Below are positions 24,801 to 36,800 of a DNA stretch of 64,000 nucleotides, piece by piece. Numbering within the stretch: position 1 is the stretch's first letter; every line of letters begins with the position of its first letter. A program made the translations under genes and the position numbers. The notes below the pieces were generated by a model that had not been told where the DNA came from, ran no database searches, and was given only the letters and a program-made list of their open reading frames with translations. Origin of the DNA: Hydrolagus colliei (lineage: Eukaryota). The stretch lies in contig CM068764.1 in assembly GCA_035084275.1 (NCBI GenBank), positions 6,448,001 through 6,512,000 of the forward strand, in the 5' to 3' direction.

Positions 24801-27800
24801 ATAAAGGGCATATACACTAATTGGCACTTGTCTGAGCTAAGAACATTCTCTTATATTTGCAAATGCATTTTAACATAATTAGCAATATTGCTTTGTAGTT
24901 TGCCTGGATGATGTAGACTACATGAGAGAATAAAACACTTTAGAATTAAGATTTTTTTTGCAGTTTAAACATATTGGCTTGTGTAGCAGCTAGCTGCTTG
25001 GGAAAATCTTGTATGCATGCTTAAAAACAGCAGATTTTGGATGTTAGATGAGAACAAGATTTTGCTTGGCAATGATGCCCGTTGTTAAATGGTCTGTCAA
25101 TCCTTTGTCTCCAGGAATAAGGGTGAAGTACTGGTAGTTTGGGGGTGAAAAGAGATAATTTTCTTAATTTTATGTTTGTCCAAATGTAACACAGATTCAA
25201 AATCCTAAGGAGGCTTCCTTTAATCTTGATGTTGTTGACCTGTGAGTTTAAAAACCTGCCCACATGAGGGCACTAAAACTATGTGTTATTAGATACACAG
25301 CCTATCCTAATTCACATTTCTAGAATGCTAAAGAAAAGTGTACAATGTATTTTAACAATTTAAAATTGTTCACATCTTAAGGGTTTGTTAAGTGCAGCAT
25401 ACTTTTTGTTAATATGCACTGTGCAATACTTTCGTGCAAGAAAATTGGATTTTCACTGCTGAAGAAAGTGACGTGACCCAATTTCTTTGAAAATGCTCCA
25501 TGTATTTGGGATTTTGTTCAGCTGCCTTGCAAAATATTCCAGTCACCTTATCAAGCAGTATAATAGTTTAGCAGAACAATCTTGCTTCATTGACATGGAA
25601 ATCTGTGAGCCCTGTGTCCCAGCTGGTAAATGGAAGTGTCTGTTTTGCTTAGCATTATTTACATTCACCGAACTATGTGGAAATAGTAACTTAGGCACAT
25701 TGATTACAATCGTTTGTTTTAAAGTAAGTGTAATATGTACCTAATCGTTCAAGTATCTGAAAACCTATTCCGCCTTATCTTATTTATTTTGATCTTGCAT
25801 GTATTCTCTTCTGTTTTGAAATGCGCGTTGTGCTAAACATGATTAACCTTGGAAAGCATTTTCCTGCTTATTTTGCAGCATTGCAGTTTTTTTTGCTGAT
25901 GGATATTAAAAGTGAAACTGCTTCCTAACATTTTTTTTGTTTGCATGTTGCATGCTGTGGCATAACAACACAGATGGTGATGAAGGTAAAAATAATTCAT
26001 CATTGTATGTTTCCATTTTCTGCCTCAAAGCTATTTTATTTACAAAATTTAAAATATATATGATGTAGGTTTTATAGATCTTTTCCCTGTTTGTTGACAC
26101 TCAAAGCTTTCATTTCATATTTCATATTTCACAAATACACCGTGATTTAATTTGTAGATCTATATATTATTGAATGCTTTATCTCATATTAATTTTGAGT
26201 TTATCTACATATAATGATTTATCCAGGTATTGAATATATAAAGTTTTAGTGAGAACAGCAGAAATATACAATAAATAGCTATGTCCCAGGTATTTCCTCT
26301 TAGAATTTCATCCGCTTTACCAAAAATATATATATTGTACATAGTCTTGCTTTTCACGTTCCTTCCATCTTTTTCCCTCCTCCACCAACCCTGAAGATGC
26401 AAGTTCATGCTAATGTCTGGCCAATAGTATTTATTGTTGGGCAGATAGTCATATGGGAGGCTTTTTAGTAATACAAAACTGGCTAGTGGCAGTCCACATA
26501 TTTAATTGCATATAGTTAGAAGCTTCCTTAATCACAAGCAAGGAAAGTAAGTCAGGTTTCTTGTTCCATAACGTTCAACCATTCCGTGTTCGAGCAATAT
26601 AAACAGGGCATTAATTGTTTGACTTAAAGAATTGCAACATTGCTTTTTTCCCCTAATTTCACAACTATGAAACAAAATGGCATTTCCAACATGAGAAAAG
26701 TATTCTCTGTTATGAGGCAGATATGATGAAAAGTTTCAGAAAATCCAGTTACCTCTGTGTGTCTTATGGAAAAAAAATTCCCATTCAATATTTTATGTAC
26801 ATTTATATATGTGTAAGTATATATACAAGTATCAATTTGGAGAAAATAGTTTTTAACAATTTAATCTCAGTTTAGACTTTACAGTACAGATTCTAGATAT
26901 TTATATATGTATTTATATATTTGTTGAAAATTTCTGGACAAAGAGATTATGTGGGAATGTGATTTGGGCAGGACTAATTTTCCCTCTATCCTTCTTTTGA
27001 ACAGCTTGCTTAAAATTGTCAAATTGTAAGGAAAGCCTAATTGCAAATGTCAGCCAGAACTAGGAATTCAATGCTGATATCTGATGCTTTCTTTGTTTAT
27101 GCTACTGTTAGCGAAACACTGTAAATGAGGAATGGAGAGTCTCTTTTATACTATCCATTCCTTATCACGTTGTCCAGCGCTTAGGAAGATTCTGTCCAAG
27201 GACAACTAAATGCACAAGCTCTGTGCGGTTTAATTGTATTAAAGAACCAGTTACGCAACCATCTCTTTAGCAGCATTAAATATTGATCCCAAATTTCCAG
27301 TCGGGCTATTACTGAATGGAAGTGAATTGATTCACACAATTTGTAATTATATTTCACAGGTATAAATTGGTGTGCCCAAAAAGCCACTCTTAAAGTAATC
27401 ATGGAAGCCAGCTTCCAGTCTGAGTTACGTTCACACAACATTTCTCAACACTGTTTACTGGGCTTTTCACGGTGAATTGCTATGAGAAGTACAGTACAAA
27501 CCAAGTATTAGGTTATCATTCAGCTTTAAAGCCAGAGTTATGAATCCAATTTTGGGATTATCATAAGTTAATGTAGTGATATGAGAATAATGCTTAAACA
27601 GTGGCTTAAGAATATTTTTCGTACATTGCACTGCATTTGTATTCATAAACTGTTCTCTAAACTTGTGTTTTAAGCTGGGAGAAGGCAGTTTGCCAGACAT
27701 GAATGGGCGCAGAAAGCAGCCTACCTGTTAGGTTGCAGCCTGGAAGAACTGTCCTCCTCTATTTTCAAGCACCAGCTAAAGGGCACGCTGCCAAGATCAC

Positions 27801-30800
27801 CTTCCATCCGGCAAGGATCAGATGAGAGTGGACAGGGAGATGGCCAAGGTAAAACACCCCCAAAATATTCATTTTTATCAAAGCTGCTCATTTTAAAAGT
27901 GGCTGAAAAAAATGCAGATTTACAGCAGTTGAATGCATCTTGTACATCGAATATATCTTGTGTGTATTGTAAATTGCACAAAGAAATGAATAATAATAAT
28001 AATGAATCCACCTTTATGCAACATGTATGTTCATGACAACAAATAACCTTGTGTATCTCTGCGTTTTTTAAGTACAATGTGCTACTTTCAAGTTCTATGG
28101 TGACGTATGTGTGCTTTAATAGGACCTAAAATATCAGCGATGGAGTGTCTACAGGGGATTGCATCCAGTTTCTACGGAGAGTTGTTTATGTTGTTAATTT
28201 CACTCATTAACAGGTAATTCTTCAATTGTTTTCAAAATGTGCCAGATTTGTATTTAAAAAGCATGTTTAGCGTAAACCTACAGAATATACAAACACATTT
28301 TTAACAGTTTATTTCCATAATTGTTCATTCAAATAAATAGATATTGATAGGGTGAAACTGTTGCCACATGTGTAGGTGGTAATTATATTTTCACAATTTA
28401 TGGTTTGAGAAATGTAGTGCAGCATTCTGCCTTAACCTAGATTATTTGTAATGGTATTTTGGTTGCATAATTAATTACATCATGTATTTTCAGTAAACAT
28501 TTGCTTCTTTTGGAAAAGCACAAAATGTTTTGTGCCTTGCTCCTCAGAAACCTCTACCTTAGGTGTGATAATACATACATTCAGTTCTGATATCTCTCTT
28601 CCCAATTTATTTCCTGTTGTAAGAATGCATTGCCTGAAAAGGTGGTGGAGGCCAATTTAATAACAACTTTTAAAAGAGAGGTAGACGTTTATTTGGGGAG
28701 GGCAGGTTTGCCGGTTATGGGGAGAGAGCTGGGCAGTGCAATTGAATTGCTCTTTTCAAAGAGCAGGCACAGACTCGATGGGCCGAATGGCCTCCTTTTG
28801 TCCCGTAAGATTCTATGATTCTAAGATTTATTTTTATTGAGATTATATTCTTTTAACAGTTAAATATCAATTCATTTCATGACTTGTGGCATTTCAGCAA
28901 GTTTACTTAATGGATGTTTAGTGTAACTTTACAAAAATATTTTAAATTTCAAGAACTCCTGTAGCTCAGTGGTTAGAGCACTCGCCTTACAAGCGTGAGA
29001 CCTGTGTTCGAATCCAGGCAGATCAGGGCGAAACCTTGGGCAAGTTTCCTTCTTCTACACGCCTAATAATAATCCGTCCTCCAAAAAACCACAATAATAA
29101 AATTGCTAATTTCAATACATGACTGTTTGTGGGACACTGCTGTGCGCAATTGGCTTTGCACTTTGATAAGTTGATAAGATGTGAAAAGTGCTGTATCAAA
29201 TGCAATGATTATTATATTATGTATTTATAAGTGTAATGTTTATTTTAAAAACATATTGTCAATTCTATTATGGCTTGTGTTTCTCTTCATTCATATTAGG
29301 GCCCTTAAATCAACTTTGCACTCGTTTTGCTCAATAATGATTGTGGACACCCCTGGATTCCAAAATCCACAGAGCACAAACCATAACAGAGCTGGAACGT
29401 TTGAGGAACTCTGCCATAATTATGCACAGGAACGTCTACAGATCCTCTTCTACGAGCGAACGTTTTTGCAAGAGATGGATCGATATAAGGAGGTATTCTG
29501 TTTGTCGCAGGAAACTTGAGCAAACAAAATAAGGTGGCATTATGGTATAGCAGAATCAGCACTCGCACATAATTGCTCACCGAAGATTTTACGCTTAGCT
29601 GTAAGATCCACTGATCTATATATCTGTTATGTATTTCATTAAGCCAGTCCAGGCTCTCAGAGTTTCTTAGTCTTATAATAAAAATGATAACCTCTGTAAC
29701 CTTTGACAAGTTTCACTTTAAATTTTGTGGAAAATAATTTGCTTGCAATGTTCATCACTGACATCTTGACATGCAAAGTAATTAATGGCAAAATGTTGGC
29801 AGGTATATTTTTTCCCATCAAATCTGTACTAATTAACTATTGACTGGAATCATAACCTGAATCAGAATTACATCTACTAATCTGTCTTCTTCCTCTCTAG
29901 GAAAACATAGAGCTTGCATTAGATGACATAGAATCCAGTTCTTCTTTCTCTGTAGCTGCCATAGAGCAAGCCTCTCATCAGGCACTGGTAAGAAACTCAG
30001 GCGTGATGATCTTTGAAATTAAATCTCTCTGTAGTCACTGATCCTGAAATCATATTCATGAACTACACCATCACATTTGTACTATTTTCAGGGATGGGGA
30101 GGGGAGGTAGGGGGGAGATTGCCTCATACATAAATAGATTTATTTCTTTATTTATTCCCCAAGAGGGAAAATGTATGATTTCTCTTGCTCTATCACTGAA
30201 TAGCATAACAAGTTTTTGCCCCCTTAATAATGGTTACTGATAGTGACTGTTGTGCCTCATTATTTTTGTCTCTGACATGCATTTCCTTCTTTCCCTCCCT
30301 CCCTCACCGTTCTGCCTTCCATGTTCACAGGTTTCAATCAAATGAATTTGATTATCAATATAATATAATCAGTATAGAGTAGAGTATAATCAGTATAATA
30401 TCAGTATAATTTTAAGAAGACAGGTTTCAATCAAATGAATTTAATTAGCAATATAATTTTAAGAAGACTTAAAGCCGCATTACACATTGTATGCCGCAAT
30501 GCTCCTTACATATAAATATTGAATTTTATGTATCTAGTTGCTTCTATTGACATTTTATACTCTTGAATTGCTTTTCAGGATATGGTAAACTTGCGTGAAT
30601 GTCTTCTCTGCTTATTTGAGATATTATAGTCCATATTTCCTTTTTGAACTTTATTTAGTTTACGGTTGACAATGCGGGAATGAGAACTGTTTTATTCATT
30701 TGAGAGGCAACAAGTCACACAATAATATTAGAGAAGAATAGGATTTAAGAGCTAAGCAATAAGGAAATGAATCAATCTGAAAGTTCAGCAGCAACAATTA

Positions 30801-33800
30801 TGAGGGTGTTGCACTTGCTCAGTAGAATACAATTGATGAGGCTGAACTAATGAGGTTGTTCAGAAATAGCTAATAACTTGCTGATGTAACATTCGCAGTA
30901 CAACTTACCACCAAATTGTAAGATGGGTCTTCACCCATCCTTCAGGGCAACAGCACCTAGCATAGCAAAATAAACTGCAGCTATCAAGAATGCTGACTAC
31001 TGTTTGAAGCTGAAGGAGGGCTGAACAATCATGTCCAGATCTCTTCTAGAATTTAGGGAAAACTTGTAGACAGACAGCATATCATGACTTTGAATGAATG
31101 ACGCATGCTTAGATTCAGACAATGAATTGTGATTTGGTCCCAACTTTCTCCTAGTGCTCTGGATATTGCCCAAAAAAGAAATGGGGGCATAATTCAAGCA
31201 CTAACTGCTTCTTCGAATCAGTTCTATTTGAATTGATTTTGAATTGGTTTGTAAGACTAATGCAACACGTTGTATGTCTTCATAGAATTATACAGAACAG
31301 AAGGAGGCTATTCGGCCCATCATGTGCATGCCAGCCAGCTCTTTGAGGGTGCTGCCCAAATTAATCCCATCCCTTTAGCTTTGTTTGTGAAATACTGGAC
31401 TTTAAGTCTTTTTTTAAATAAAAAATCTTTAACTACTTTTTTGGCCATTCGATTGCTATGTAAGCACATTTTATTTTCCACATCATTGAATCAGCACTTG
31501 CTCCAATGAGCACAGAAAGCTTTTGCAGAAACCAACTTTTGCCTTCTGATAACATATACTCAGTCACTTACTGAAGAGCACCTTAAATGGTGTGGTTAAA
31601 TAATGCATCAATAGATCTCACTGAGGCTGATGCCACTGGGATGAAAAAAGAAGAACCTATGTGCTATTACCTCATACTATTATTAATCTAGCAAGTTTTA
31701 CAAATACTGGTGCCTGTTTATTTAAATGTTGTTAATACACTGACATATACTTTGCATCATAAGGAGAGCTGATGAGTGAAAGGGTTGCCCTTCTCTAGAG
31801 TTGCTAAGCCTATATTTCAGCAACATTATTAAGTAATTGGAAACCGCTGAATTCCTCACAAAACAGACAGCAGAAACGATGATGTTAGTTTTGCTGTATT
31901 TCTGGTAGGTTCGAACGCTGGCCAGAACAGATGAAGCAAGAGGTTTGCTTTGGCTATTAGAGGAAGAAGCTCTGCAGCCTGGGGGGAGTGAGAATACTCT
32001 TTTAGAACGACTGTTTACATACTATGGACCACAGGAAGGAGACAAGAAAGGTAAAGTACCATTAATTTACTACGAAGGATGTGGAACAAAATTCAGCTCG
32101 TATTTGTTTCAAACTCTATTATGTAAATTGATTCTTTAAAAATAAATCTTTCAGTATGAATGCACCACGTGGTGTCCTCTTTCTGCTGAACCATTATTCT
32201 ATTGAGATTTAATTATGGTGGAGAAGGACACTGTAGGAAACTAAACTTTTTTTTTACAGGCCAGAGTCCATTGTTGAAAAGCAACAAACCTCATCACTTC
32301 ATCCTTGGTCACAGTCACAATACTAACTGGGTGGAGTATGACACAACAGGATGGTTGAACCATGCTAAGCAAAACCCTGCTGCTCAGAATGCTGCTTCCT
32401 TATTGCAGGATTCCCAGAAGTAAGAAGAGCCATTTTTTTATAAGACTCGTATTTTTAAAACGTAAGATTTTTATACTAGTTTGAATTGCAAGGAATGGCT
32501 TGTGATAAATTGGTCACTCAATCCACACTGTTTGTGTGACACTGCTGTGTGCAATTGGCTGCCACATTTTTCCCACAAAATGTGAAGTGTTTTGAGACGT
32601 CTCAAAGATGTGTAAGGCGCTACATCAAATGCAAGGATTATTATTATTGTGTGTAAATGCAGGAAGAGTTCATTCTTTCCTTTTTACCTTATTGTATAAT
32701 ATGGAGCAATATTTATTTTCTCCCCTAGGAAAATGATCAGCAATCTATTTATGGGCAGGGCCGGATCAGCTACTGTACTGTCTGGGTCCATTGCTGGGCT
32801 AGATGGTGGGTCACAGCTTACCTTACGAAGGGCCACTAGTATGCGAAAGACTTTCACCACTGGTGTGGCTGCTGTGAAGAAGAAATCGTCTTGTATCCAG
32901 ATCAAACTCCAAGTGGTTAGTATGTGAATAAATTAGGTAAAAATATCTTAAAGAAAAGAAATAGAGCTCTGTGCTACAGGTTATTTGTCACACCTGCCCA
33001 AATTATTCATTCTGAATTCAACAGCAAAATTTCATTCTCCTACACTATTACTCCTCACCTCAATGAGCATATGAAAAGTTATTTTTGAACAAAATCCCAA
33101 AGTGCAGAATTGCGTATCTTTCACATGTTGACTTGACGATTGATGCATGCTAAAAATATTTTTCTAACAACTGAACATGTGCGGTATAATTTACCAAATA
33201 ATTTGGTGCTTTTAACAATGTAGAGGTTTTTCGCAAGGTGAAACATTTGAATGCATTTATCAAGATAATTCAGTTATTTTGCATTTGTTTTTGGACAGGA
33301 TGCTCTGATTGATACGGTTAAGAAGTCAAAGATCCATTTTGTCCACTGTTTGGTGCCCAAAGCAGATGCCTTTATTGAAACAAAGGTGTCTCCAACTCCC
33401 CCTCTGAAGACTGGAGCCACTGATACAGAGTCACAGGCAGAGAACATGGAGGCAGGTCTGATGCAGCTGAATGTACCACTGCTTCGAGCCCAGATTAGGG
33501 GCTGCAAACTTCTTGATGCCCTTAGAATATACAGACAAGGTAGGTTTAAACCATTTAAAATCTATTTTTGATTATGTTGCAAGGATTTATTATGGTGTTA
33601 TAATTAGGAAAACAAAGTGTCATAGGCCCTGTTTTTGTAGTTGTCAACCAGGCTCAGTATACACTCTCGGCTCTGAGTCAGAAAGTTGTGAGTCCAAGCA
33701 CCACTTTGGGACTTTGAATCACATAATCTAAGACGATACTCCAATAAAGTGTGTTGTCTTGTCGGAGGGGCTGTTCTTCAGATGAGACGTTTAAACTGAG

Positions 33801-36800
33801 GACCTGTTTGCCTGTTCATGTGTTTTTTAAAGATCACATGGCACTGTTCTAAAAGAGAAGTAATAGTGTAGGAGAATGGAATTTTTCTAGTCTGCAATCT
33901 TCATGGCTATTTGTGGGATATCACTGTGCCTATCTTGGCTGCTGTGTTTTGGTCACAAAATATACAGTTACTCCACTTTACACTATACCCAATAAAAGTG
34001 CTTTGAGATATCTTAAAGTGATAAGTTGCTTTGTGAAATGCAAGTATTATTATGGTTATAAAATACTGCTCGATCCTCTTGGGGTTTTGAATACTAGTTT
34101 AGAGAACTATATACAGTACCACTGTGTACAATTCCAATAATTATAAGGCATTGGTTTTCCTGTTAAATATTAAATATTGTGTTTAAATATCAGCTTGAGT
34201 CTGAAACAATGACTGTCCAGCGTCTTAGGATGTCCTCCCGACGTGGAAGGTTACAAGTGTAACTTTGTTGTTGTCACTGTTGTTGTTGTGTTCAAGGAAG
34301 TGTTGTGTTCAAGGAAGTGTTACTTTATGATTTTTTTCATGCCCGTGGAACATTTTATGATTTTTATCTCTAACAGAAATAATACTGATAATAAATATTT
34401 AATGTCAATAGCTGAGCTATTCTAAGTGTACAGTCATAGTGATGAATAGATTTTCAAGGTAATGCAGGTGTAATTCCTCATTGTTTGAGGTATCTATTAT
34501 GTATCGTAGGTATATGATGTAGGACATGTCAGCATGTACTCTGCTCATAAAATGAGCAAACTGATGAATACCATATCTTCCATCACTAAACCATCTTGTT
34601 TTCACCTTTGCTGGATTACGTGAGCACACATATCCATCTAGAATTACATAGAATGATACAACAGGGCCAGTGTTTATGCTTCACATGAGACCACCCCCCC
34701 CCCCCATCTTAGTTTTGGACTTGCTAACAAGTTAAATTTGAATCCTGACAACCTAATTAGTTATACAGACTATCAGTTTCGTATGAACAACAAATTTTGG
34801 CCTGATAATGTGCAGCTTGTTTAGTTTCATCTTTTTATAGATTAGCCAAACATATTTTGTTGTCTGTTGTTCTCTATTTGCTATTGTACCATGTATTAAA
34901 AGAACACTGAACCAATGGTGCAGTAGCATTTAGAGGCATGATTATAGGATACTAACTCTTGCCCAAGATCCCAGTATGCTTATGCAATCAAGTAGAGGTA
35001 CAAAACTGAAGCTGTTATCTTCCCCACAGTGTGCCTCTGCAATCTGTTTCCATGCACCTCATAACAGTTTCCTGAAGAATGGTGTTGGCAGATGCCTGGA
35101 ATCAGGTGACCTGTCAATCCTGTTGTGAATGGATTGGTGCATTGCATGGAAGATCTGCCCACGGTTCGAGCCCACAAAACATGGTCAATTCACTTTACAG
35201 TACATTCCGTGCTTTGAGAAGACTTGATAAGGCGCTATATCAAATGCAAGAATTATTACAGTATTATTATTTCAGAAGCAAGAAGGTTAAATATTTAACT
35301 TAATATGAGGACAGAATAAAACATAGATTCTTCTCAAATTAATAGACGAAGATTCAATGCAATATATAAATTTTTTTAAATGAGTGAATGGATATTGAAT
35401 TTGTTAATTTTCAAATAATGCTTGCATTTGATATAGCTGCCTTATCACATCGTTGAGATGTCACAAAACACTTCACAGGATATACTGTAAAAAGAATCGA
35501 CTATATATTGTCTTTTTTGTGGAACAAATAATGCAGTGTGAAAAACCAAAAAAGCACTAATCTTTCAATGCATACTATTTTTGAAAACGCATTTCTGTCC
35601 TCTTTGATGTTTCCACACTAATGATAATATTCTAGTCAAGAGTAGTAGACATGTCACTACTTTCTCCACAGTCTCTTGATACAGTGCCAATCGTAAACTG
35701 GTTGCTAGGAGACGTGAGAGTGACATGGATTGACTTGCTCTCTGCGGACTTCACCCTCAGGAAGTGCTAGAGGTTTTAATTGTATCGGCATGTGAAACTG
35801 AGAAACATGCTTGCCTTTGCTTTTTTCTTGGCTGCAGGACTCAATATTATGATTCTCTATTAGGCTTCTCTGGCAGTAGAAAATGTTCATTTTTCAGGTT
35901 GAAGAAAAGACCTTTCCAAATATTTTCAACTTATAGTTGTTGGGTCAAGAATTATGTCATAGAATTGTATAGCACCGAAGGAAGTCATTCGGCCTATCTT
36001 GTCTGTACCGGATCTTTTAAAAGAGCTTTCCAAATTAATCCTGCTCTCCCCATAGCCCAGCAAACTTGTCCTCCCCAAATAATTATCTAAATATCATATT
36101 GAATTTATTTTCCCTTTTGACCTAGAATATTTCCTTAGACATTATCTTGTTTAATCATATTGGAGGCTATCAAAACAAATATTCTTGTTTTGGTGGGGGG
36201 TTGTAATCTTTGAAATAAATAAGTATCTCAATATTAAAACAAGATAACCAATATGTTTTTAAAATTGTGATCTATAGGTTATCCGGATCACATGGTCTTT
36301 TCTGAGTTCAGGCGCCGCTTTGATGTCCTTGCACCGCATCTAACCAAGAAACATGGGCGCAATTACATTGTCACAGATGAAAAACGGGTGAGTTAACTCA
36401 AAGAGACACTACATTCTATCAGAAATCTGCTGTGCATGGTGCAGTAAGGTACGAGTTCTCCCCAATAATTCTCCAGTCTCAGGCGCAAGATCAGAGAAGG
36501 CACTGAGTAAATGTTTCTGGCCTGGAAAGGGCCAGTTACTGAGTAACTTTACCCTGAATTACTGCATTAGCCAGGTTTCTGTTGGGAAAGGAGTGTTAGC
36601 ATATAGCTAGCTTAAAATCAGTGTTAAAAAATAGTATGTGGCACAAGAGGAAAAAAATTGCAATTGTTGAACTCAATTTGCATTTTGTCCTAAAGCTTAT
36701 CATTTAATAATAAATTTTTAAAGCAGCATTATAGAGCACAAAAATGTTGAGGCTTATTTTCCACCAAATCTTGCCAAGTGAAAGATTATTTCACATTAAA

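Noticed and set aside
26346-26415. Strong pyrimidine tract with aag|ATGCAAG after the microexon
   Set aside because: In-frame stop within 6 codons and no good donor; cannot support an exon
28953-29025. tRNA-Val(TAC)-like gene (also at 47241)
   Set aside because: No proper acceptor stem and it runs directly into a SINE body and tail, so it is a SINE head
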